From a virus, in IMG/VR virus record IMGVR_UViG_3300007760_001418, positions 1 through 64,000 of that record: 64,000 nt of DNA; one strand, 5' to 3'. Shown here in pieces: positions 35,117-45,000 of this stretch. The notes below the pieces were generated by a model. The model worked only from the letters and a program-made list of their open reading frames with translations, was not told the DNA's origin and did no database searches. The translations under genes and the position numbers were made by a program. The stretch's first letter is position 1. Every line of letters begins with the position of its first letter.

Positions 35117-36475
35117 ATGCTAGCCAGTAATGCAAAACCTGCATACATAACGCTAATAGAAAATTCTGATGCTGGCGTTTCTGTCAATGCATTTCTAAAA
35201 AAGCTAGATGCATGCGTCGATAATATGCTATCTAGAAAGCTAGGCATGGGCTCAGCCGGTGGGTATCATCATGCATGTGAAGCCGACCTGGCCACGATTA
35301 TATCAGAAATTGATATTGACAACCAGATTGAACTAACTGTAAGAAATATTTTATTGAATGCAGTTATCAATGCAGAGAAACTGGCAGCTGGTTCTGGAAT
35401 TATTGCTGTCATAGCATTTTTGGAACTTCGCAAAAGGCCAGAAAGCCAGACAGATCCAAATGCTCTGGTTGGACATACTCATGTTACCGATTTGAAAACT
35501 ACAAAAGATATTCTAAAAAGAATATTTGGGGTTGACAATAAGCTATATCATATGATCCTTAAGGCATGTGATATAGCTGGTCATAATGGTAGTATATACA
35601 TTAATAATATTCCCAAAGATACATCATATATTGAGCTAACATCCGGTTACCGATTTTCTTGTCACATGGATAAAAGCTTCGAGGCAGCTGCCAAAATAAC
35701 TAAGTGGAATAGATCACATGTTCGAGCATTTATAATTGATGGTATTATAGAGACGGTGGGGGAAATAAATCATATCTTAGAATATATGTCTGAGTCCAAG
35801 GAAGCCGGAATTATATTTGCAAGAGGGTATTCAGAAGAAGTTATAGCCACATTAGCAGTTAATGCTAAAAGAAAGACCCTTGATATAGTACCAGTAATTG
35901 TCCCCTTTGATCTACAGGGGATGAATATGTTAAAAGATATTGCAGTTGTGTGTGGATCCGATGTAGTTTCATCTCTTAAAGGTGAGCTAATTTCTTCTAT
36001 AGAAATTGATACAATCCCTGTTATAGATTTTGTATTAGCTGATATGGCTCATATTATTATTGAGCACCCGCCAACCCAACGCTCGGCCAGGGTACACTTA
36101 AAAAATCTTAAAACACGTATAGAAAAAGAGAATAGTGAAGATAAGATTAAGCTGTTAAATGATAGGGTCAAAGCGTTGGCTTCAAATTGTGTAGAAGTAT
36201 CTTTTGGAACAGAATATTCTAAGAATATACAGCTGGCCGTCAGTCGCTTTGAGGCGGGAATTCGAATGACGGCAGAAATAGCTAGGTCTGGTATCATTGA
36301 ACTACAGGGCAAAAAGCTAGATCAACAACATGTTGCATCACATGTATTTCAAAAACTAATTGACTCGAATTATTCCTACGTTTCCGCCATGGCTATGCTT
36401 CATGGGATCCAGGCTGGATGTAATGCAAAACAGTTTATTGATACAATAGGCGCATTCATTCTACAGGATCACTAG
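35117..36475 (+). CDS. divergent GroEL/Cpn60-like chaperonin
   Basis: IELTSGYRF, IIDGIIE, IIFARGYSEEVIATLAVN, MLKDIAVVCG, LNDRVKALA; canonical GDGTTT missing. Confidence 0.72.
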   Translation: MLASNAKPAYITLIENSDAGVSVNAFLKKLDACVDNMLSRKLGMGSAGGYHHACEADLATIISEIDIDNQIELTVRNILLNAVINAEKLAAGSGIIAVIAFLELRKRPESQTDPNALVGHTHVTDLKTTKDILKRIFGVDNKLYHMILKACDIAGHNGSIYINNIPKDTSYIELTSGYRFSCHMDKSFEAAAKITKWNRSHVRAFIIDGIIETVGEINHILEYMSESKEAGIIFARGYSEEVIATLAVNAKRKTLDIVPVIVPFDLQGMNMLKDIAVVCGSDVVSSLKGELISSIEIDTIPVIDFVLADMAHIIIEHPPTQRSARVHLKNLKTRIEKENSEDKIKLLNDRVKALASNCVEVSFGTEYSKNIQLAVSRFEAGIRMTAEIARSGIIELQGKKLDQQHVASHVFQKLIDSNYSYVSAMAMLHGIQAGCNAKQFIDTIGAFILQDH

Positions 36476-36536
36476 AACGTTTTTTGTTTACTAGTACCCC
36501 TTCCATGATATGGTTTGATAACCGTGGAGGTATATT

Positions 36537-36740
36537 ATGGATACAAAAACTGAAGCAGCTGTAATGCAATGTTTCTTCGCAATCAAAGATATGGTAACGT
36601 CTTCAGTCGGAGAGACACTAGTCGGATCAAATAATTTAAGTGATGAAGATGTGAGATACATACTTCAGACATTATCACAATCTTTAGATACTGCTATTGA
36701 TAGAACATCTGGTACAGTTCATAGTCTTCTTAACAAATAG
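36537..36740 (+). CDS. hypothetical protein
   Basis: GGAGG SD. Confidence 0.65.
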   Translation: MDTKTEAAVMQCFFAIKDMVTSSVGETLVGSNNLSDEDVRYILQTLSQSLDTAIDRTSGTVHSLLNK

Positions 36741-36748
36741 AGGGTCAA

Positions 36749-37219
36749 ATGATAGGCACAAAACATATTGTTGAGTGTCACTGTGTATTGCCACAATACC
36801 GGTCACGCAAGGAACCGGTATATCATAAGTTTATGGTATTTTCAATTATTGATGATAGCGACACAGTAATACCGAAATATGCACAATGTAATAATTGTGG
36901 TGTTGTACATAAGATATATGATATTTGCAAGTCAGAAATTCTTGCAGGAAAAGATGAAATTCGTACTCTTTGTACGATTGATGATATATCGTTAACAATA
37001 CCAGAGGATATTAGGGGTGTCCTAGAATCATATCAGGTAGACTTACCAATATGGGAACAGGTGCAATTTATTTTAAGAAATAAGAAATGGGGAGAACAGA
37101 TTTTGCTAAGTAAAGAAGATCTTAATGATGAAATACAGGGAAAGATGTTAGTCATTGATGGTCTTGAACAGGGGCAGATTCGGATTGAACCATTTATTCA
37201 AAAAGCATGGATAGGTTAG
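36749..37219 (+). CDS. putative zinc-binding protein
   Basis: HIVECHC...QCNNCG..H..IC. Confidence 0.7.
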   Translation: MIGTKHIVECHCVLPQYRSRKEPVYHKFMVFSIIDDSDTVIPKYAQCNNCGVVHKIYDICKSEILAGKDEIRTLCTIDDISLTIPEDIRGVLESYQVDLPIWEQVQFILRNKKWGEQILLSKEDLNDEIQGKMLVIDGLEQGQIRIEPFIQKAWIG

Positions 37220-37220
37220 T

Positions 37221-37490
37221 ATGGATAAAGCAACAAAGTATGGAAAACTAGAGAAGGAGACGGCTGTTGAAGACCGAATAAAGGCCAGGGATATCGTACA
37301 AGAGGTCCTTAATTTTGGTGTGTCACAGCAACAAATCCTTTATATTGCATACTTATTAGCACTTGAACTAGAGGATAGAGATGCTATGTTAACAATTTCA
37401 AGTTCTATCAAGCAATTGTTGGAACGTGTTGGCGACGACGAAGAAGAAGAGACTAAGGATACTACCCCTTCGGGGATTTTAACAACATGA
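37221..37490 (+). CDS. hypothetical protein
   Basis: helical ORF in operon context. Confidence 0.65.
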   Translation: MDKATKYGKLEKETAVEDRIKARDIVQEVLNFGVSQQQILYIAYLLALELEDRDAMLTISSSIKQLLERVGDDEEEETKDTTPSGILTT

Positions 37491-37499
37491 GAGGTAAAA

Positions 37500-37694
37500 A
37501 TGAGTAACTCAGTATTAGATAAGTGGAATGAAATCAAGGTACTTGTAGAAAGTATAGAGCTTGATGTTCATAAAAACGCCGGTGGCAATGCGTCTGCTGG
37601 TGTTCGAGCTCGGCGAGGCCTTCGTCTTTTAAAGACAGAAGTTGCCGGGCTAATTAAACAAACGATTCAGGTAGAAAAAGCAAAGAAGGGTTGA
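37500..37694 (+). CDS. histone H1-like protein (Hc1 family)
   Basis: DVHKNAGGNASAGVRARRGL resembles the Hc1 GNKAAGTRARK motif; GAGG SD. Confidence 0.78.
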   Translation: MSNSVLDKWNEIKVLVESIELDVHKNAGGNASAGVRARRGLRLLKTEVAGLIKQTIQVEKAKKG

Positions 37695-37721
37695 TATTAT
37701 ATTCTAAGTGTGTAATTCCAT

Positions 37722-38086
37722 GGGGGCGAAACGGTCTCGACGGGGTGGCAAAGGGTGAAAGTGCAAGTAACCAACGGTAACACATGGTTTGATAGTGTTG
37801 CAAACTATAATTGCTAACGATAACGTTGCATACGAATACGCACTAGCTGCGTAAACGCGGGGTTGCTGATAGACCTTGTTACCCAACATCAGATAAGCGG
37901 CTTGGCTCCGCCGAAATAAACTAGGTCAAAAATGGTTACCCTATTTGTAATAGGTGGGTTCTGATGCTTAATAGGAATGGTGGTTTTTTGAGATACTTTG
38001 TCAGTTTAGAGAAACTGTCTAAACTTGTGAACGACTTAAATTTGGACCTATTTCGGACGCGGGTTCGACTCCCGCCGCCTCCACCA
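37722..38086 (+). ncRNA. ssrA: tmRNA (one-piece), tag ANDNVAYEYALAA
   Basis: 5' GGGGGCG..TCGACGG, 3' GCGGGTTCGACTCCCGCCGCCTCCACCA; tag frame 37813-37854. Confidence 0.96.
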
Positions 38087-38258
38087 TTGGTTGGGTAATA
38101 TGGGTAGCAGCATAAAGGGAATGCTTCCTAAAATAAAAAGGGCAGCATCTTCCCACCATGAACCAAGAAAAGGAAATACAGGGCAAAAAAATATAGTTGA
38201 ACCTACATATATAGAGGAATCCGTTAATCCGGATCATGAAACGATAGAGGAAAAAATT

Positions 38259-39353
38259 ATGAGTACTATTGATAATAAAGATAATGAGCCTGCAGATGAT
38301 ACATACATCAACCCTGCAGAAGATAGTTGGGACTTTATCGGAGGAATGGACGATGATGTTGCAGCCGATGAGCGTCTTTTACCGGACAACAAAGCACCAT
38401 CTGCATTAAATTGTGGGTTCATAGGTGTTGGTGGAGGCGGAGGAAAGTTAGCTAAAGCTTTTCTTGATCTTGGGTTCACTAAAACTGTTGTTGTTAATAC
38501 CACGGAGAAAGATCTTCCTGGTGGGATTGATAAGGAACATGTCGTTATTATCCCCGGAGCAGATGGCGTTGGTAAGGATGTAAGTCTTGGAAAAAAGCTG
38601 CTTAAAGAAAACAGTACGCTTGTCGAAGATGCATGCCGATCCAGGCTGGGATCTGTTGAGTGGCTATTTGTACTAGCCGGCGGAGGTGGTGGTACCGGAT
38701 CTGCATGTGCTGCACTAAATGATTCTCTATCCAGATACCTTAAGTCTGTAGAGTCAAAGGGCAGGGTTGTGTATATCATTACAAAACCTACAGCACAGGA
38801 ATTACTTAATCCTACAATTGCAACAAATTATGCAGAAATATCAAAAGACTTAAAGGATACACCTCATATTGTAATTGATAATGAACGCCAATTACAATTG
38901 TTACGAGGCAAGGTTGGTATGTTGAACATGTTCCCAGCTGCAAACTCAACATTTGCAAAACTCTTCCACCAGGTACTACGCCTCGCAAGTGAAAGTTCTT
39001 CTATCTCAGCATTTGATTCGAATGATTTAGAGAGATGTTTGAGTACAGCTGGAAGGATATTCCTTGGCAGTACTGTTATAAGGGACACAGGAGGACGAGA
39101 TTTAGGCGCACAGGTCCTTCAAGGTTGTGTTAAGGGGTCACCATGTGCTGGACCAAAAGGGTCTCCAGAGACCGGTGTGTTACTATTGTTGGTAACGTCT
39201 CTCATGGCATCGGATCCGGATATCAGTAAGCGTCTAGAGTCAGCAACGGCATATGTCGGAGGGCGTGCAAATACGCTTTTTTCGGGTGTGTACGTTAAAG
39301 ATTCAATTCCTGGACTCATTGCACTTACCATGTTCGGTGGTATGAAAGACTAA
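38259..39353 (+). CDS. tubulin/FtsZ-superfamily GTPase (PhuZ/TubZ/CetZ-like)
   Basis: FIGVGGGGGK, VNT, GADGVGKD, AGGGGGTGS, IDNE, FDSND; GAGG SD before MSTIDN. Confidence 0.88.
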   Translation: MSTIDNKDNEPADDTYINPAEDSWDFIGGMDDDVAADERLLPDNKAPSALNCGFIGVGGGGGKLAKAFLDLGFTKTVVVNTTEKDLPGGIDKEHVVIIPGADGVGKDVSLGKKLLKENSTLVEDACRSRLGSVEWLFVLAGGGGGTGSACAALNDSLSRYLKSVESKGRVVYIITKPTAQELLNPTIATNYAEISKDLKDTPHIVIDNERQLQLLRGKVGMLNMFPAANSTFAKLFHQVLRLASESSSISAFDSNDLERCLSTAGRIFLGSTVIRDTGGRDLGAQVLQGCVKGSPCAGPKGSPETGVLLLLVTSLMASDPDISKRLESATAYVGGRANTLFSGVYVKDSIPGLIALTMFGGMKD

Positions 39354-39628
39354 TCTTTTACTTCTGTTAATTCTTGTTTATTCAATAGTTTCTTAAAGAT
39401 AAGTTTCTCTATCTGGCATATCCTCATACGTGTTACGCCGAAGAGATCCCCTATTTCCTGAAGGGTATGTTCCCCCTCACTTGCTGCAATCATAATACAG
39501 TTTTTACAGTCTGGAGCATCATGCCAGTACTTGCATGATCTTTTTTCGCACTGTACTTCATATTTTTTATGTTCCGCATGACAGGTCGTGTCCTGTATTA
39601 TACTGTCTTTTTCCTTGTTTTTATTCAT
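39350..39628 (-). CDS. stand-alone sigma70 region-4 HTH protein with Cys-rich N-terminus
   Basis: HTLQEIGDLFGVTRMRICQIEKLIFKKL; five Cys upstream; GAGG SD. Confidence 0.82.
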   Translation of the reverse strand: MNKNKEKDSIIQDTTCHAEHKKYEVQCEKRSCKYWHDAPDCKNCIMIAASEGEHTLQEIGDLFGVTRMRICQIEKLIFKKLLNKQELTEVKD

Positions 39629-39754
39629 ACTTTCACCTCATAACGTGCCCTCAATTTGAGCGTACTTCAAAGCTCAGACATATTTAACACAAGACAATAA
39701 TAACGATAATGATTGAATTGGATATGTGCTCTGAACGTAACGGTCTAAAAATTG

Positions 39755-41077
39755 ATGAGTAATCGAAAGATTTTAGTAGTTGATACATCCGTACTATTGT
39801 ACGATATGACAGCCATTCATTCTTTTCCTGGTAATGATGTGGTTCTTCCACTGACTGTACTTGATGAATTGGATAGGTTTAAAGATAAGCCCGGCTTACT
39901 CGGCGAGTCTGCAAGATACATTAATAGGTTTCTAGATGATCTTCGAAAAGATGGAAGGTTAGACAAAGCTGTAGCTGTTCCTAACTCTGACCAGACAGTT
40001 CGTGTAGAAATTGAAGCAGACTTAGATGCAAAGGTACCGTCCGGACTAAATGCAAGGTATGCTGATAACAAGATCCTTGCGACAGCCATGTTCCTGGCCC
40101 ACCAGCATGCCGATAAGGAAGTTAAGGTAATTACTAAGGATATTAACCTCCGGGTTAAGTGCGATGCCTTAGGCCTGGTTGCAGAGGACTATTATAGGGA
40201 TCATATTGATGTTGATAGTAGCAATATCTACACTGGGCAAACAGAGCTGATTTTACCAACAGACATCGTCGATCGATTTTTTGAAGAAAAATATTTGAAT
40301 ATTGGTACCCTTCAAGAAAAAGGTATTATCGATTGCCAACTTTATCCTAACGAGTTTATTGTTGGAAAGAGTCCAGAAAATGGTTCATTCTTAGGCATAG
40401 TTATAGATGATGAAATTCGGCCCTTGATTAAGTCTGAGATAAATCAACACATTGGGGTCGAGCCAAAAAATAAAGAACAAAAATTTGCATTGAACATGCT
40501 TAATAATAAAGACATCCCCCTCGTCTCTATTACTGGATTAGCTGGATCTGGAAAAACCTTTATTACGTTGATGGCAGCAATGGGAAATCTGGGAATGGAA
40601 AACTATAAAAGAATCATTTTCACCAGATCAATCCAGCCGGTGGGTCGCGACCTTGGGTACTTACCAGGAAGTATGGATGAAAAGATGTCTCCATGGCTAG
40701 CCCCAATAATGGATAACTTTAAGCATGCGTTTGGTGATATGTCATACTTTGATATTATGAAAGACAAGGGGCAGATTGACATCGCACCTCTATCATATAT
40801 CAGGGGCCGGACATTCAATGATGCATTTATCATTGTTGATGAAGCACAGAATACAACCATCCATGAGTTAAAAACAATTATTACCCGAGTAGGTAAGGGC
40901 TCAAAGGTTGTATTGCTTGGTGACACAGAACAGGTAGACACTCCTTATATAGATACTCGGTCAAATGGCCTCACAATTGCTGTAGAAAAATTCAAGGGCT
41001 CGGAACTATCTGGTCATATTATATTAACTAAAGGCCAAAGATCTGATATCGCAACTCTGGCATCAAAGATTCTGTAG
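39755..41077 (+). CDS. phoH: PIN-PhoH (PhoH2/YlaK-type) protein
   Basis: VVDTSVLL PIN domain, GLAGSGKT, LGYLPG, YIRGRTF, DEAQN. Confidence 0.92.
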   Translation: MSNRKILVVDTSVLLYDMTAIHSFPGNDVVLPLTVLDELDRFKDKPGLLGESARYINRFLDDLRKDGRLDKAVAVPNSDQTVRVEIEADLDAKVPSGLNARYADNKILATAMFLAHQHADKEVKVITKDINLRVKCDALGLVAEDYYRDHIDVDSSNIYTGQTELILPTDIVDRFFEEKYLNIGTLQEKGIIDCQLYPNEFIVGKSPENGSFLGIVIDDEIRPLIKSEINQHIGVEPKNKEQKFALNMLNNKDIPLVSITGLAGSGKTFITLMAAMGNLGMENYKRIIFTRSIQPVGRDLGYLPGSMDEKMSPWLAPIMDNFKHAFGDMSYFDIMKDKGQIDIAPLSYIRGRTFNDAFIIVDEAQNTTIHELKTIITRVGKGSKVVLLGDTEQVDTPYIDTRSNGLTIAVEKFKGSELSGHIILTKGQRSDIATLASKIL

Positions 41078-41136
41078 TCTTATCGTTGACTTTATCTTTG
41101 CTCCTCAATACTTACTAAGGTATTGGGAGAAATGCT

Positions 41137-41538
41137 GTGGGCTCAACTAGCTTCAAAAAGAGAGACCTAAACAGGTGGAAAAAAACTTATCCGTTTGTTA
41201 AGCGTACACCGAGGTGGGCGTATTTTAGTGATATGGGCTTCCAGATGGAAGTTGGGGTTGTCAATTTTACATTTGATGATGACCCACCAAATAAGACATT
41301 TGTGTTCGCATGTCCATACCCTGAGCCACCTGCTTTTCCGCCGGTTGTTACTGCTGTAGCTGTTAATGCAACATATGATGAAACAACTGGCCTGTGGACA
41401 CAGACGGCTCCTCAACCTAATGTTAACGTTTCAGTCTTTAATACCTGTCATACTCAGACCGAACTACATCTTTCGAATACATTCCACGGCAGTGTAATGT
41501 TACATGTAATTTGGATTGAATCACACTGCGGAAGCTAG
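41137..41538 (+). CDS. small beta-rich structural-type protein
   Basis: GGAG SD; MEVGVVNF..F..PYP..PVVTAVA pattern seen in fibre-tip domains. Confidence 0.55.
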   Translation: MGSTSFKKRDLNRWKKTYPFVKRTPRWAYFSDMGFQMEVGVVNFTFDDDPPNKTFVFACPYPEPPAFPPVVTAVAVNATYDETTGLWTQTAPQPNVNVSVFNTCHTQTELHLSNTFHGSVMLHVIWIESHCGS

Positions 41539-41547
41539 GAGACTATA

Positions 41548-42000
41548 GTGCCTTGTGTAGTAAAAACCGGACCAAATAATCTTGGAACAGATATTCCATT
41601 ATGGACTATTGAAGCCAGATCTTTGCCGGCTAGTAACAAACTATATTTGAAGCACGACTTTACTATAGCATTTCCCAGTGTTCCATTTATCACAGCATCT
41701 GGACGAGGCGGGTTAGGTCTTGTCGACATCAGTATAATTAAAGTTACAAAATTTTATGTAGAGATAGCTATTAGTGGACCATCACCAGGATTGACAGTAG
41801 AAATGCATGCCATGGCATTAGACCCATCATTTAATTGTCCTTGTCCTACTTGGATAACCGGAATCCCAAGCCCTTGTGATGGAGGGCCAGAACTTGACCC
41901 TTGTTGTGAAGAAGGAATTGTTGGTAGCACAGGAGGAACGGCATGGGGTTGGGATACAAATAATTTCCCAGATGGTGCAACGGGGATGTTATGTGCATAA
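41548..42000 (+). CDS. small beta-rich structural-type protein, possible paralog of 41137
   Basis: AGGAG SD; FTIAFPSVPFITASG; Cys-rich tail. Confidence 0.55.
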   Translation: MPCVVKTGPNNLGTDIPLWTIEARSLPASNKLYLKHDFTIAFPSVPFITASGRGGLGLVDISIIKVTKFYVEIAISGPSPGLTVEMHAMALDPSFNCPCPTWITGIPSPCDGGPELDPCCEEGIVGSTGGTAWGWDTNNFPDGATGMLCA

Positions 42001-42018
42001 TGCAGGAGTTAAAGAATA

Positions 42019-45000
42019 ATGGGTAGCCCAAAAGATTTTCTAGCAAAACAGATTAGAACTACTCAAGTCATGGCCTCTGGCTCATTTGGCAATGAGTACC
42101 CAGATCTTCTAATTTATAGAACCTGGCCTCATTATGATGGTGCACTTCCTCCACATATTGAAGCTGGTATTACAGGTACCGCTGGAGAACTAAGTATCGG
42201 TAAAGATGTTTGGTTTTATGTTGATGCAGCATCAGGGCCTAATCATCCTATTGGGCAAACCGGTGACAGCGGAACAGTAAGAGAAAATAATTCAGTTGTT
42301 CTATTTGCTGGTGATGTGGTGGTGTCTGGTACCCTGTGGGCTGAAAGACAAGTTCTAGAGGTTACCACCATCGCTTCTGATAAGTTTGAGGGCGACATGA
42401 TCCTGTCTGGCAATTTATTTGCCAAGGATCAGTATTCAGGTTCAGGTGCAACTTTTATAGCACCTGGAGCAAATCAGTGGGTTGACTTTCAAAGTCTAGG
42501 TGGAACAAGCTTATTTGTCATTGACTCTGTTAATGAACGAGTAGGTATCCATACCCCTGACCCATTGTTTGACCTTCACATCGTAGATGATAGAGAGGGG
42601 AATGCAAGGTTTGCAATCACCCAATATGCTGATGATAGTCCAGGAGACGGGCCTGACATAATGCTTCAAAGATCTAGGGGTGATCTTTCTGCTGGTGCAT
42701 CTGGTGTCGTCGATGGTGATAGGTTGGGCTCAATATACTTCCAAGGTGCAGCTGGGCCCGCAGGGATATTGGGGAATGATCAGATTGCGGCAGCAGTCTC
42801 GGCTGTGGTTCAAGGTAACCCAACAATAGATGATGGTGGTGTACCAGCTGCTATAGGTTGGCGAACTGGTGATGGAACGGAAACAACACTTAAATGGCGC
42901 CTGGCAAGTTCTGCCGATGGCCGGATTGGCATCGGCGGCCATAATGCAACGAAAGATGGTGATGCACAACTCCATATTATATGGTCATCAGCCACCGGTG
43001 CGGGTGTTACCAGTGCCTTTGACCCGGGCGCGACCAGCATGTTGGTCGGTGATGGGCCGCTAAAGATAGAAGGCCTTGAGCTTGACACCACAGCTACCAA
43101 GAACCTTGTTATAAGCGATGATGGTGTGGTCAAATATGGTTATGCAACTATTGGCCCTCCATGTGAGACAACATTATGTGATGGCGATCCTGATAACACT
43201 TATGCTGATGGGCTATTCATGGACTGGACGGAGCTAACCCCTCTTGGTTGTGCCATCGATCGAATGAATGAAGTATTAGGGTCTATGGCACCCCAGCCTG
43301 CACCATTATGTAATTCACTTGATGAAGTTACAACAACAGTCGGTAATCTAGTTAGTTCTGATTTTAGGCCGGCTACGTTATCTGAGTTAACTCATCCGGA
43401 ATGGTTAGGGGGTGGGCAAACTGCACATGGTACTGTAAATGCTATTTCTGAATTTGTAGGACCAGTAGGAATGTTTCCTGGACCCATTATACAGAATGGC
43501 TATTATTCTGCTAATGCCGCGTCAGCTACGTATCCAGATCCAGAAGATCCTCGAGGTGCTACGTCACCTACTGAGCATGAAAGAGATCATCGGTTGGGTG
43601 TATTTTATGGACATGCGACAAACCTGGATGAACGGCCAACATTTAAGTGCATAATGAATTGGAATGATGATCAAGATCCTGCTAGCGGGGCTGCTATCGG
43701 TGCCAATTATCCAACAGGCGCTTTCGGGAGGGGTGACCAGGGTACCTTATCACTATGGGTTAATGGCACGATACAAGCGGAGTTGGTACTAGACGGTGCA
43801 ACGGAGGGCGCAACGTCATCATTAGGGGCAAATGGTGACCTTATATCTGTTGGCACTTTAGAGCCGGCACATTTTGATAATGGCGAAGAGCTTTGTACAT
43901 ATTTTCATAGAGAATCAGGTGAGGTACATATAGGTGGTACGTCAATGAGGCTCGGGTGGAACTGGGCCAGAATACAACATCATGGAACCGATATGGTCGA
44001 TGAAGGAAATGGTATTTTCACAAACTTCATTACATGGATCCTAGATGATCATGCTAATGAACCACAAATTAATCCCCAATCTACCCCGGCCGTAACAGAG
44101 AGTTCATACACATGGTTGTCTGGGGTGAAATACATAAAGACTGGAAATGTTGCGTATTCATACACTATCGATGGTGCATATGAAAACTTTTACTGGCCTA
44201 CCAATGCTTTGGCAGGAAGTTATGCGGTTCAGTGGCATGATGAATCGCCAAATGGTGCAGCATTAACTCTACCGACACCAAAAGATTTGCCTGCAGCCGG
44301 CAGTTACACTGATACTGTTCTAAGTACCGCTATTCAAGATAATGCTGGTACCGCAAACTTATTGGTACCAACATGTAATCTTGTTAATGGCCGTTGGGGA
44401 GATGAAATAGACTTGAGAATTACAGTTCAACACCCATTTGATAATGCAGATATCGGGCCCGATGCTGCTTGGGCCACAACTGCTAGTTGGAATAAGTGTT
44501 TCAAAGAAGAAATTGACAGTGGGTGGAATGATACATTCCTCATATATGATAGTGAATGGGATCATGGTACAGGGTATGCTGCCGAACCTACATGCGAAAG
44601 CACTACTGTAGAACTATTCCGGACTGAATATTGGAGACTCCAGGATAATGATAGTAATGGCTCTGGGACACATATGAATGATTATGATACCCAGAACGAC
44701 GTAACTTCAGCTGTGGGTACTGGTATTCCTGCCAATGCATGGAATTCTCAGATAGCTTTAAGTCCGGTTACCACCGGTCATAAAGGACTTCTTTGTTGCA
44801 AAGGTAGGCTTTCATCTCCGTCAAATACAGATCACGTAGCTGTGACCGATGGAAGGTTTGGCGATGTTAACCACCCAGCTGGAAATATAGATTATGATGG
44901 GGAAAATCACACTAATCATGTAAGATGGTTTTATCGAGCATTTCAAAATCCCCCTAGTGGCGGGTTTGAAGCTAGTTTCTTAATAAATATAGAGACCAAT

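Noticed and set aside
38091-38258. 56-aa N-terminal extension of the tubulin ORF
   Set aside because: It begins right after the tmRNA 3' end without an SD; ATG 38259 has GAGG.
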